Below are positions 8,175 through 16,802 of a DNA stretch of 64,000 nucleotides, piece by piece. Source of the DNA: an uncultured Hyphomicrobiales bacterium (lineage in GTDB: Bacteria > Pseudomonadota > Alphaproteobacteria > Rhizobiales > Beijerinckiaceae); the NCBI GenBank assembly GCA_903932565.1, contig CAIZGQ010000073.1, forward strand, positions 699 to 64,698, written 5' to 3'. The notes below the pieces were generated by a model, which was not told where the DNA came from, ran no database searches, and saw nothing but the letters and a program-made list of their open reading frames with translations. Each line of letters begins with the position of its first letter. Position 1 is the stretch's first letter. The translations under genes and the position numbers were made by a program.

Positions 8175-9716
8175 CTAGTTTACTTCATCCAATAACCCGT
8201 ACCGACTAGACCATTTATCAAAGGAAAACAGCACCTTTCCTACCTCCCCCGTACCCTCAAAGCGAACCTTGGAAACATAGACCGTGGTTTGAGGCACAAC
8301 AGGGTCAGGACGATCGACAACCAACCCAAGATCCGGCTTATTATTCCAGTGAGCCGAACCGTCTATGTCATACAACGAAGGCACCCTGCGAGAACCTCCG
8401 GACGCTACGTCCTTCGTGGGGTGGGCCAACACGAAAATTGCCAGATTGTATTTCCGAGACAATTTCCGCAACGATCGAATACCGCGCCCAATGTATTCCG
8501 TCATTGATTCGTCGCGGCGCTTGGCGTGTTCGATTTCATTCCAAGGATCGATGATCAACATGCGAATGCCGTAACGCAGGACGGCGTCCTCTGCTCGATC
8601 AATGATCCAGTCCAGAGAAATATCATCGTCGCTGTTTCCATCATGGTCGATGAAGATAAAATTCTCATCGATCCATCTATCGATAACCTGCATTCGATCT
8701 GGAGTATTGTGCAGCGTCTCGAGACTGCTTCGTCCAACGATCCTTCGCATCTTGTCACGCAGGAACGGCATCACCGGCATTTCAGGACTGAAAACCGCGG
8801 TCTGCCACCCATGCAACTCGGCCATGTTGATCATCAGGTGCGTCATGAAGGTTGATTTTCCCATGCCGGGAATCCCAGTGACGACTGCAACCATCGGAAC
8901 AAACATCTGGCAGTGCTTGTCGAGCGTCTCCCAACCGGTGCTGTAGGTCTTGATTGCGGGCGCGTCTGGATACTGTGAAAGCGTGAATAGCCCACGGACT
9001 GGATACGGCTGGGCCGCGCTAAGAACCTCTCTGACGCGATCTGCGCCGTGCTGCATCAGGACTTCATTCAGATCCTTGCAACCGGTTGGGTAGGTCACAA
9101 ACAAGCAGCGAGCGGCACTCAGCCTACGAACCAACTCCTCCGCTAGTCTCTGCCCCGGAGGATCATTATCAACAGCGATGATGAAGCGTTTGACCGGCTT
9201 AAGCCTGTCCCGGTTATTCCAGAGGAATTCATACTTCCCAACCGAATCATCCGTTGGTTCTTGGTCCTTCAGGTCGACAACCGCGGGCGGGGCTCCGTCT
9301 GGTACCGATACCGACAACGGCCATCCACAGTCGATTGCTGTCAGCGCATCGATCTCTCCCTCCGTGATAACCAGAGGCAACCTGCCATCCGCTAACGCAG
9401 GATCATCGAGTGCATCAGAATTCCAAAATGTTTTTCGCCCACCAGTGCGCTGCCAAAATTTCTTTTGAGGCCCACGGAATTTTTCGTTGACCGAAACTCC
9501 ATGCTCGATGAACGGAAAAACAATGATGTTTCCATCTTCGTGCGGAACTACCTCACCGTCGATAAATTTACCGGTATAGACGTTCAGGCGAGCTACTGTT
9601 TCTGCTCCTATCCCCCGCCGCTCGAATGCTTCCGCTCCCTTTTTTCCAAGAACCAGATCCTTCATAGAACGCTCCCCCGTTGAATGTGCAGTTGTGACAG
9701 AAATACTGAAATCCAT
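8175..9716 (-). CDS. primase-helicase, Toprim plus DnaB-like helicase part (T7 gp4-like)
   Basis: Toprim 'VITEGEIDAL...VDNDPPG'. Walker A 'GIPGMGKST'. RecA-like C-terminal domain. Confidence 0.85.
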   Translation of the reverse strand: MDFSISVTTAHSTGERSMKDLVLGKKGAEAFERRGIGAETVARLNVYTGKFIDGEVVPHEDGNIIVFPFIEHGVSVNEKFRGPQKKFWQRTGGRKTFWNSDALDDPALADGRLPLVITEGEIDALTAIDCGWPLSVSVPDGAPPAVVDLKDQEPTDDSVGKYEFLWNNRDRLKPVKRFIIAVDNDPPGQRLAEELVRRLSAARCLFVTYPTGCKDLNEVLMQHGADRVREVLSAAQPYPVRGLFTLSQYPDAPAIKTYSTGWETLDKHCQMFVPMVAVVTGIPGMGKSTFMTHLMINMAELHGWQTAVFSPEMPVMPFLRDKMRRIVGRSSLETLHNTPDRMQVIDRWIDENFIFIDHDGNSDDDISLDWIIDRAEDAVLRYGIRMLIIDPWNEIEHAKRRDESMTEYIGRGIRSLRKLSRKYNLAIFVLAHPTKDVASGGSRRVPSLYDIDGSAHWNNKPDLGLVVDRPDPVVPQTTVYVSKVRFEGTGEVGKVLFSFDKWSSRYGLLDEVN

Positions 9717-9876
9717 CTCTGTCAGATTTAACCGACAGGCACTTGCGTTTTTTGTTTGCTGGCTTCCGCGTGTGAGAACATTCGCAGCATCTGAAGGTTT
9801 TGTTTCCGGTGAATGTCCTTGGGTCGCAGCCTACCGTCGATAGTCGACGAAACAGATCATCCAGCAAATCGCTCAT
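9568..9876 (-). CDS. primase zinc-binding domain, out of frame with 8175-9716
   Basis: 'CCECSH...FQYFCHNC' is a Cys4 zinc ribbon like the T7 gp4 N-terminus. It overlaps the downstream ORF by 149 nt in another frame. Confidence 0.7.
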   Translation of the reverse strand: MSDLLDDLFRRLSTVGCDPRTFTGNKTFRCCECSHTRKPANKKRKCLSVKSDRDGFQYFCHNCTFNGGAFYEGSGSWKKGSGSIRAAGDRSRNSSSPERLYR

Positions 9877-10604
9877 TGCCGCCCCGTGGATGGATATTCC
9901 CAGCCGGGGATTGTATCCGCCGATCGTTTCGATGCGTCAACTTTGTCTCGATTGATGCACCCCCTGATCCAAGTCACCGGGTGACCCTTACCAACGGATT
10001 TTTCCAAAACCGATCTGGCCTCGCTGTAGCTGGAGCCTTTGGCTATCAACAATTGTTTTGCCAGTCCGCCAGCCTTGTCCCCCAACAGTTCTCTGGCCCT
10101 TCGGAAATATCCGGCCTCTTCGGTATCGATCACGGTAGCTGTTGGCGATGGTTCTAAACTCAACTGATCTGAGGGTGCTACCTTGGTAGCGCCTCTTTCT
10201 TTCTCTTCTAGTCTAGTCTTGTCTAGTCTTAGGGCAGGAGGTTCTTTAAGCGACGCTTGATGCGTGTCTTGTATTTCCAATGACTTAGCTCGCGCCTTAC
10301 CACCCTTTGAAGCGTTGAGACGGTTCTCACCGATTTTTTCTAGCTCTTTTTTTGCTCGTAAATTGCTGAGACGACCCTCTGAACTGCTCAAGAGCCCAAG
10401 TTCCACCAGCCTTGAGAGGTTTGCTCTGAATGATCGAATCGGCTGTTTGCAGCGTCCAGCAATGCCGTGTTCATTGATCCTGATCGGACCCTCATTAAGA
10501 TAAATCAACTGGCATACAACGTGATAAACTCGGTACGGACCATCATCGAGATGCTCTGTTCCGTCCATCCACGCTGCAATGTCGTGCTTGTACCAGTCTG
10601 CCAT
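9873..10604 (-). CDS. DUF1376 (YdaU-like) replication-associated protein
   Basis: N-terminus 'WYKHDIAAWMDGTEHLDDGPYRVYHVVCQLIY' has the DUF1376 pattern. Basic C-terminal half. Confidence 0.65.
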   Translation of the reverse strand: MADWYKHDIAAWMDGTEHLDDGPYRVYHVVCQLIYLNEGPIRINEHGIAGRCKQPIRSFRANLSRLVELGLLSSSEGRLSNLRAKKELEKIGENRLNASKGGKARAKSLEIQDTHQASLKEPPALRLDKTRLEEKERGATKVAPSDQLSLEPSPTATVIDTEEAGYFRRARELLGDKAGGLAKQLLIAKGSSYSEARSVLEKSVGKGHPVTWIRGCINRDKVDASKRSADTIPGWEYPSTGRQ

Positions 10605-10669
10605 TTTCGTCCCTTCTTGGGGACGACAAGATCAACAGATGGTGGGCTATTGACGTCGGGTACAGAGAT

Positions 10670-10678
10670 ATTATACCA
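10670..10678 (-). promoter_or_regulatory. extended -10 element (TGGTATAAT) upstream of the replication genes
   Basis: The minus strand reads TGGTATAAT, about 65 nt upstream of the ATG at 10604. No convincing -35 element. Confidence 0.2.
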
Positions 10679-10725
10679 CTGACAGTGCCACCTGCTGATC
10701 AGTCGTCGCATCCGACTGTTCATTT

Positions 10726-10764
10726 GAGCCCTGCCGTCCACAACGGTGGGGCTCAACCATTTTT
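10726..10764 (+). terminator. 12-bp hairpin followed by T5
   Basis: GAGCCCTGCCGT-ccaca-ACGGTGGGGCTC, then aacca-TTTTT. It sits in the intergenic gap between the methyltransferase and DUF1376 genes. Confidence 0.25.
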
Positions 10765-10785
10765 ACGCCTGATTTCCGCTCGCAG

Positions 10786-11313
10786 TCAATCTTTCGTCCA
10801 AGAGATTCGGTTCAGGATTGCTGGACCTTCATGGTCGCGATCGAAAACGAACCAAGCAAAACACACGGTATTGGTGCTCTTGGGTCCGGACCAACTATCC
10901 CTATGCATCATTGGGAGCCTATTTGAGAAAACGTGGACCCGAGAAAGTTTTCCACCGTCGAGGATATCGGACCTTCCTTCGCTCTCGAGGAACGTCAAGC
11001 GAAGCAGCATTATCACCTTGGGGCAGAGCTCGAGGCCCTTCCGGACGAAGTCAGCCGCTAGTTTGTAGGGTGGGTTGGTGACGATTGTATTGCATGGATA
11101 CGGTGATGCTCCCTCAAAAAGGAAATCCCTGCGGGTGGCATGAAGTGGATATCCATAGTCTACCAGATCGTGCGCTATCACTGCGTGGCCATTGGCCCTC
11201 AGAACCTCCACGATCGCGCCGCGGCCAGCGGCTGGCTCCCAGATCCAGTGCGGCAGTTTCTCAGCCCTCAGTAGGGCCTCTGTGGCCTCTGGAGGGGTTT
11301 CGTATAGATCCAT
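10786..11313 (-). CDS. N6-adenine DNA methyltransferase
   Basis: Motif I 'EPAAGRGAI' and motif IV 'TNPPY'. ATG 11313 preferred over the GTG at 11352, which would overlap the HNH gene. Confidence 0.8.
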   Translation of the reverse strand: MDLYETPPEATEALLRAEKLPHWIWEPAAGRGAIVEVLRANGHAVIAHDLVDYGYPLHATRRDFLFEGASPYPCNTIVTNPPYKLAADFVRKGLELCPKVIMLLRLTFLESEGRSDILDGGKLSRVHVFSNRLPMMHRDSWSGPKSTNTVCFAWFVFDRDHEGPAILNRISWTKD

Positions 11314-11329
11314 ACCACGTTCTTTTAGG

Positions 11330-11815
11330 CTATGGCGTAAGACCACGGGCACGGCAGAATTCCTTTCGCGCTACGACGGCTTCCTCTATTGTGCAGAACG
11401 TTCCAATTGAGATTTGCTGTCTTTGAATGACCACTTTCGCGTATATTTTTCCGGACGGCCTTAGATATATGCCACGGTGACCAGTAGAACTATTTTTGTT
11501 TGCCTTCTTCCTGTTGTGTCCATTAAGGCTGGATGTTGTCACCCGTAGATTGGAAATTCTATTGTTGGATTTGTTTCCATCGATATGATCAACGTGAGAT
11601 TTCTTTGGAGGCAATAAACCAGTCTGTATAAGAATGGCTAGGTGGTGCGCGTAATAGGATCTGTAATCAATCATTATGGTGAGATATCCGTTTGGACCTA
11701 TGTTGCCAGATATATCACCGGCCAAAGCGTTGGACCGCCGAATCAGATTGCGAAATTCCCCAGAAACTGGGTTGTATGAGATAACCTGCATAACCCTATT
11801 TCTTAAATCCCCCAT
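11330..11815 (-). CDS. HNH-AP2 homing endonuclease
   Basis: 'YAHHLAILIQTG...VDHIDGNKSNNRISNLR' (HNH_3) plus a C-terminal AP2-like 'TGHRGIYLRPSGKIYAKV'. Confidence 0.8.
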   Translation of the reverse strand: MGDLRNRVMQVISYNPVSGEFRNLIRRSNALAGDISGNIGPNGYLTIMIDYRSYYAHHLAILIQTGLLPPKKSHVDHIDGNKSNNRISNLRVTTSSLNGHNRKKANKNSSTGHRGIYLRPSGKIYAKVVIQRQQISIGTFCTIEEAVVARKEFCRARGLTP

Positions 11816-12237
11816 TGTCTCACCTTGATCACTAGCCGCGGTTCTGCGCTGTAGAATTTCCAGACATGCAGATCGACGATCTGGCTGTCATCTCGCCAGA
11901 CAACCCCGTTCAGTGCGTCAACCACTTTCGACAAATTATCGACGTCGGGACGTGATGTAGGGACTGATTCGCCAGCCAATGCCGCAGCCGTATCCTTTCG
12001 GTTCCAGCTTTTTGGGATTGGCGTATAGGCCACAATCTCCACAGCAAGCGGGCCTTCCAATGGCTGGTCGGTTCCCATGACCTTCTTGGCCTGATCATGC
12101 AGCGCTGATTCGTACTTGCGGGTAGCTGCGTCCGTATAGGCTGAAACGAACTTTCCCATAGAACGGAACCGGGGCCTCCCTTTACCGCGGGGAGGCCCCA
12201 TTAACGTGATTATGACGGTTGATAGAACTAGGCTCAA
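11803..12237 (-). CDS. rusA: RusA-family Holliday junction resolvase
   Basis: 'RPDVDNLSKVVDALNGVVWRDDSQIV' matches the RusA catalytic core. Confidence 0.75.
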   Translation of the reverse strand: MSLVLSTVIITLMGPPRGKGRPRFRSMGKFVSAYTDAATRKYESALHDQAKKVMGTDQPLEGPLAVEIVAYTPIPKSWNRKDTAAALAGESVPTSRPDVDNLSKVVDALNGVVWRDDSQIVDLHVWKFYSAEPRLVIKVRQWGI

Positions 12238-12899
12238 AAAGGTGCCTCATCGTCCAAACCATGTTCTGCGAGGGCCTGAGCCGCGGCAGCTTGCTCTGCA
12301 GCGAATTCCTCCTCGTCCATGGAAAGACCACCGGCACCGTTGGGCTTCTTGGGGTCAGTTTTCTTGAACCCTTGGGCCAGTTTGGTTTGATGGGAGTTCC
12401 ATCCGTCGAGCCATTTGCGATACTGCTCGGTAGAGGGGTCATACGGCGGGCTAGCGGGCTTGTTCTGCATGCTTGCCGTCTGGCCCTCCTCATAGGCCCT
12501 GTCGACCGCAGGAACCCTCTCTGGCTCGCTGAACAGGTCTAGCTGGTGCCCTAGATCAGATCCCATGAAACGGGCTATCAGGAGCCTGCGCCGGATGCCC
12601 TCCTTGGTCGACTTTTCCTTGTCTGGCGTGGTGACCTGCTCGGCGTAGTCAAAGTCCACCTTGTTGAAGCCATCTGATCGAGCTGTTTTGTAGAGCGCAC
12701 GAAGGGAAGCCACCGCAGATGCAACCCTTTCCCGCCCCGCCATGACCGTAGGAAGATGGTGAAGAAACCTCGCTTTGTCGCCTTCGTCGATCGGGGAATT
12801 GAACCTGACCTTTTCCTTCTTTGGCTTTGCGGTCTTCTTGGGTGCGGGTTCTGATTCGGTGTGCTTCTCAGCCTTCTTACGTCGCGGTCCTTTAGCCAT
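12234..12899 (-). CDS. hypothetical basic protein with an acidic SSB-like C-terminal tail
   Basis: 221-aa ORF with a Lys-rich N-terminus. It ends in 'LDDEAPF'. Confidence 0.6.
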   Translation of the reverse strand: MAKGPRRKKAEKHTESEPAPKKTAKPKKEKVRFNSPIDEGDKARFLHHLPTVMAGRERVASAVASLRALYKTARSDGFNKVDFDYAEQVTTPDKEKSTKEGIRRRLLIARFMGSDLGHQLDLFSEPERVPAVDRAYEEGQTASMQNKPASPPYDPSTEQYRKWLDGWNSHQTKLAQGFKKTDPKKPNGAGGLSMDEEEFAAEQAAAAQALAEHGLDDEAPF

Positions 12900-12920
12900 G
12901 GATGCCTCGCTGGTTGGGTT

Positions 12921-13199
12921 TCAGGATAGAAGTTTGATCAATTCAGGCAGCAACTTCTCACTCGGCCTGTTCAGCAATGCGCTGACAGCCCGCTCGAGCT
13001 CCGGAAGAATGTAGGAAATTGGCAGCTTCGTCAGGTCGGAAACCTGCATGACGTACCGCGGCGGGACGCTTTCCCATCGGGTGATCAACTGCTTAGAAAC
13101 ACCGAGATGCTTGGCTATGTCAGTCTTGCTGTTGCACGTCAGAACAAGGGCATAGCCATCGGTGTTATTTTTAGGCTGTTTTGTCATGGATAATTCCAT
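12921..13199 (-). CDS. Cro/YdaS-like HTH regulator, first gene of the leftward operon
   Basis: 'DIAKHLGVSKQLITRWES' is an HTH. It sits at the divergent junction with the rightward operon. Confidence 0.6.
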   Translation of the reverse strand: MELSMTKQPKNNTDGYALVLTCNSKTDIAKHLGVSKQLITRWESVPPRYVMQVSDLTKLPISYILPELERAVSALLNRPSEKLLPELIKLLS

Positions 13200-13331
13200 A
13201 TATGGTCTACCGCCAGTTTACAAGATCCTGTATCTATGGCTGATGGGGATGGCGATCGAGATTCTCAGTTGGGCTGTCATAATCGTGGGGATTATGGCGG
13301 AAATCCTTATTTTCGTACCGTGGATCTTCCG

Positions 13332-13739
13332 ATGAAACGACCAAAGCGCAAGGCTATTCCCAAAAAAATCAAAATTCAGGTGTGGAGACAGCAGCAGGCT
13401 ATTTGCCCTGAGTGCAAAGAATTTATCATCATAACTCCCAGCGGGGACAACATACAGTACGACCACCGACCCGCCATCATCATGCGGCCTGTAAACGCCG
13501 CCGGGACCGATTACGAACCACCCCAGAACGATCCGAATCACATCGAGGCCCTTCATAAGGCCTGCCACCTCCGGAGGACCGTAGGAAGGGTCGTAGGGGC
13601 CTCTAGGACGGTCACCACGAAGGGGAGCGACATCTGGCTCAAATCCAAGTTTAACCGTCTGGAGGGCCGTCTAAAGCCCCGGAAGAAGGCATCCATACCG
13701 CAGAGAAAGAACCCTTGGCCGAAAAGGAAGTTCAAATGA
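13332..13739 (+). CDS. HNH endonuclease-like protein
   Basis: 'CPECKE...YDHRPAI...HIEALHKACH' with a basic C-terminus. ATG 13332 chosen within ORF 13236-13739. Confidence 0.6.
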   Translation: MKRPKRKAIPKKIKIQVWRQQQAICPECKEFIIITPSGDNIQYDHRPAIIMRPVNAAGTDYEPPQNDPNHIEALHKACHLRRTVGRVVGASRTVTTKGSDIWLKSKFNRLEGRLKPRKKASIPQRKNPWPKRKFK

Positions 13740-13882
13740 GCATTTGGGGTCGAATCCGTGCCTTTTTGGGCCTGTGTGAGCATAGCTGGGCCTATGTCAC
13801 CGTCATCATCAGCCCCAATGGGATAGAGGAGGTCTACTCCTGCCGTCGGTGCAAAAAGAGCAAGTACCAGAAGCGCCCGTGA
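13736..13882 (+). CDS. hypothetical 48-aa protein
   Basis: ATGA-coupled start. MSIWGRIRAFLGLCEHSW...YSCRRCKKSKYQKRP. Confidence 0.35.
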   Translation: MSIWGRIRAFLGLCEHSWAYVTVIISPNGIEEVYSCRRCKKSKYQKRP

Positions 13883-14091
13883 CGAACGACGTTCTGGAGG
13901 TATTGCTGGGGCTCATGGTGTTTCTGGCCATGCTTGCTCTGGCCACGGAAAGCATAAACCCGCCCCCGCCACCGGATAACAATATCCCCGGAGGATGGCA
14001 CGATTGCTAGGCCGGTAAACGTCCTGTTGACATTGGTCTGGGGAGATGGCCTAGAGGACTGCACAGATCCCGATTGCGAATGGTGTGAATC

Positions 14092-14310
14092 ATGAGCATC
14101 TCAAAGGCACAACGCGAGGCCCTCGCATCATACGCGGCAGACTATGAGGCACCTGACTATGCCGAATATTCTGATCGTGCTGGGCCAGCCCTTGGATGGG
14201 TCAATCGTGAACGGGTTATATCGGCCCTGATCCGCAAGGGCATGATTGATGCGGACCAAAAGGTCACTGACTTGGGAATGCAACAACTTGAGAGGACATC
14301 CAGCAAATGA
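14092..14310 (+). CDS. hypothetical protein
   Basis: 72-aa ORF whose stop overlaps the next start. Confidence 0.5.
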   Translation: MSISKAQREALASYAADYEAPDYAEYSDRAGPALGWVNRERVISALIRKGMIDADQKVTDLGMQQLERTSSK

Positions 14311-14543
14311 TGGTTTCATCGGCTACCAACTATTTCGACGTCAAGCGTATCTCTGCCAGCAAGCACGACTACGCCAATGCTCCCGTTCGCCTGATCATTC
14401 ACGGCAACGAGGATTTCGTAGACAAGTACAATCAATGCGAGATCACCCTTTTCGTTGACAACGATGCCTTGGCTGAGAGGCTCGTCGCAGCCATCAACAA
14501 CGCCGCTTTTATCGCGAGCGAGATCGAGGAAGTTCAGTCATGA
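14307..14543 (+). CDS. hypothetical protein
   Basis: 78-aa ORF, translationally coupled on both sides. Confidence 0.5.
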   Translation: MMVSSATNYFDVKRISASKHDYANAPVRLIIHGNEDFVDKYNQCEITLFVDNDALAERLVAAINNAAFIASEIEEVQS

Positions 14544-15319
14544 CCAGCACCAAATCCAAGACGATCGCCAATCTTCCGCAGGCCAACTCCAGTTCTATCG
14601 CAGCCATGGACCCGCTTGTGGCCATGATCGAGAGGGCGGCTCGAGATCCAAGCATCGACATGGACCGGCTCGAGCGGCTGATGCAGATGCAGGAGAGGGC
14701 CCAGCAGCGCACCATCGAGGCTCAGTTCAACGAGGCCATGGCAGAGGCGCAAATGGAAATGCGGGCTGTTGCCGCTGACGCCAACAACCCGCAGACAAAA
14801 AGCAAATATGCCTCTTACTTTGCGCTCGATAAGGCCATACGACCTATCTACTCAAAGCATGGTCTAGCATTGTCGTTCAATACTGCGGAGGGTGCATCGG
14901 CGGATTGCGTTCGCGTGGTGTGCTATGTATCCCGCAGTGGATTTACTCGCCAGTATCACGTCGACATGCCCGCAGATGGCAAGGGGGCCAAGGGTGGCGA
15001 CGTCATGACAAAAACACATGCCGTTGGTGCAGCAATGACCTACGGACAGCGTTATTTGCTCAAGATGATTTTCAATATCGCCGTCGGAGAAGACAAGGAT
15101 GGCAACAAGATAGACACCAGCGACATCGTTACGGAGCAACAAGTCACCGAGATCCGCAACCTTCTCAACTCAGATGCGGAAGAACCGGCGCTGTGCAAGC
15201 ATCTCGGCATAGCTAGGCTTGGCGATATGACTGAGGTGTTGTTTGAGAAAGCCAAGAAGGCCATTGATGCAAAGCGCAAGCAGACTGCCGCTGCCCCAAA
15301 ATCGGAGGAATTGCTGTGA
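14540..15319 (+). CDS. ERF-family single-strand annealing recombinase
   Basis: 'NPQTKSKYASYFALDKAIRPIYSKHGL' and 'GAAMTYGQRYLLKMIFNI' parallel the P22 Erf motifs. Confidence 0.65.
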   Translation: MTSTKSKTIANLPQANSSSIAAMDPLVAMIERAARDPSIDMDRLERLMQMQERAQQRTIEAQFNEAMAEAQMEMRAVAADANNPQTKSKYASYFALDKAIRPIYSKHGLALSFNTAEGASADCVRVVCYVSRSGFTRQYHVDMPADGKGAKGGDVMTKTHAVGAAMTYGQRYLLKMIFNIAVGEDKDGNKIDTSDIVTEQQVTEIRNLLNSDAEEPALCKHLGIARLGDMTEVLFEKAKKAIDAKRKQTAAAPKSEELL

Positions 15320-15960
15320 GTGAAGTTATCGCATTTTCTCCCGTCGTGGAGCAGCGTTCGCCTGAATGGTTTCAGCAGCGGCTTGGCAAAGCTACGGCCA
15401 GCCGGATCGCAGACGTCGTGGCGACCACCAAGTCTGGATACTCTACAAAACGAGCTAACTACGCTGCGGAGCTTGTCACTGAAAGACTGACCGGCGTTCA
15501 GGCCGAGAGATACCAAAACGACGCCATGAGATGGGGGACCGAAAAGGAACCCCTCGCTAAGGACGCTCTGGAGTTCTACAGGGGCTATTCCGTTGAGGAG
15601 GTGGGGTTTGTGCCCCATCCCAAAATAGATCAATCTGGAGCCTCCCCAGACGGTCTGGTTGGGTCTGACGGTCTGGTAGAGATCAAGTGCCCACTCCAGA
15701 CCGCAATTCATATTGAGACGCTGTTGAAACAGAATGTGGATGGCGGATATCTCACGCAGATGCAGTGGCAGATGGCATGCACTGGACGTCGGTGGTGCGA
15801 TTACGTCTCGTTCGACCCACGCTTGCCCGCAAACATGCAGCTCTTCACCAAGCGGGTTCTGCGCGATGACGTCATGATCGATCGGCTCGAGAAGGAAGTC
15901 AGGTCGTTTCTCGCGGAGGTCGACGAAACCATCAGCAAGTTACGGAGTATCTATGGCTAA
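15316..15960 (+). CDS. YqaJ/lambda-Exo-like recombination exonuclease
   Basis: 'QRSPEWFQQRLGKATASRIADV' and 'SPDGLV...VEIKCP' are PD-(D/E)xK motifs. Confidence 0.8.
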   Translation: MSEVIAFSPVVEQRSPEWFQQRLGKATASRIADVVATTKSGYSTKRANYAAELVTERLTGVQAERYQNDAMRWGTEKEPLAKDALEFYRGYSVEEVGFVPHPKIDQSGASPDGLVGSDGLVEIKCPLQTAIHIETLLKQNVDGGYLTQMQWQMACTGRRWCDYVSFDPRLPANMQLFTKRVLRDDVMIDRLEKEVRSFLAEVDETISKLRSIYG

Positions 15961-16471
15961 GGGCCCACGACCAGTATTCGCCTATGAAGGTGACGGCGAG
16001 TTCAAGGCAGAGCCCAGATTCGTCTGGCAGTGCGACCGCGATTATGTGATCGGTGAGAAATACCGGATGGACATAATCGAAGATCGATCGGCGGCGTCTC
16101 ACAGTCACTACTTTGCTGCAGTCAATGAGGCGTGGCTGAACCTTCCGGAAGATCAGGCCAAACGGTTTCCGTCCCCAGATCATTTACGAAAATGGGCGCT
16201 TGTGCAGTGTGGATACTGCCACGCAACACCTTCGGTGTTCAGCACCAAGCAAGATGCTATTACGTCTGCATCCATGGTTCGAAAAACAGACAAGTATTCT
16301 GTTCTTACGGTCCACGATAACATCGTGACCAGATATGAGCCAGAATCGCAGTCAACGCGATCCATGGACAAGGAAAGATTCCAAAAGAGCAAAACAGCAG
16401 TGCTGGATTTGCTTGCAACCATGATCAACGTCACGCCCAAGCAGTTGGAAAAGAATTCCAGCCACGCCTAA
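15953..16471 (+). CDS. hypothetical protein
   Basis: 172-aa ORF, coupled to the upstream gene. Confidence 0.55.
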   Translation: MAKGPRPVFAYEGDGEFKAEPRFVWQCDRDYVIGEKYRMDIIEDRSAASHSHYFAAVNEAWLNLPEDQAKRFPSPDHLRKWALVQCGYCHATPSVFSTKQDAITSASMVRKTDKYSVLTVHDNIVTRYEPESQSTRSMDKERFQKSKTAVLDLLATMINVTPKQLEKNSSHA

Positions 16472-16476
16472 AGGAA

Positions 16477-16662
16477 ATGCAGATGTCGCAGGCTTGGTTA
16501 ATTACGGTTGAAGCTCTTACCGCCTTCTATCTTATCGGTGGATCACTTGTGATCGACGCATCCCAAAACATGCCGAGCAAGTTTCTTTTCAAGGTAGTCC
16601 CGATGGGCTTAGGATTGCCGCTCGCTGCACAATATCTAATCCACTGGATAACGAAAGCATGA
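16477..16662 (+). CDS. small membrane protein
   Basis: 61 aa with two hydrophobic segments. Confidence 0.5.
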   Translation: MQMSQAWLITVEALTAFYLIGGSLVIDASQNMPSKFLFKVVPMGLGLPLAAQYLIHWITKA

Positions 16663-16802
16663 CGATGCACTACCACGGCACCCCGATAACCCCCGTTGAC
16701 CGACTCTATGAGCTGGCTGGGCGTAATTTCTGCGTGTCGTTTGCCCATCCGGCAGATGTTGTCCCGCTGCCACCAGATCGGGCAGTCCGTCATGCTAGAT
16801 AA
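16659..16802 (+). CDS. dpdA: N-terminal fragment of the DpdA-like transglycosylase (frame 0)
   Basis: ATGA-coupled start. 'MTMHYHGTPITPVDRLYELAGRNFCVSFAHPADV' then runs into a stop, and the sense continues in the +1 frame. Confidence 0.55.
   Translation: MTMHYHGTPITPVDRLYELAGRNFCVSFAHPADVVPLPPDRAVRHAR

Noticed and set aside
7357-8178. 273-aa plus-strand ORF opposite the DUF932 gene.
   Set aside because: The DUF932 motif clearly lies on the minus strand. The plus-strand ORF is a GC-driven shadow.
10505-10756. 83-aa minus-strand ORF upstream of the DUF1376 gene.
   Set aside because: It overlaps the DUF1376 start and spans the regulatory gap containing the hairpin and -10-like element. It is probably non-coding.
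15052-15711. 219-aa minus-strand ORF opposite the ERF and exonuclease genes.
   Set aside because: Both plus-strand genes carry family motifs and are coupled. The antisense ORF has no support.
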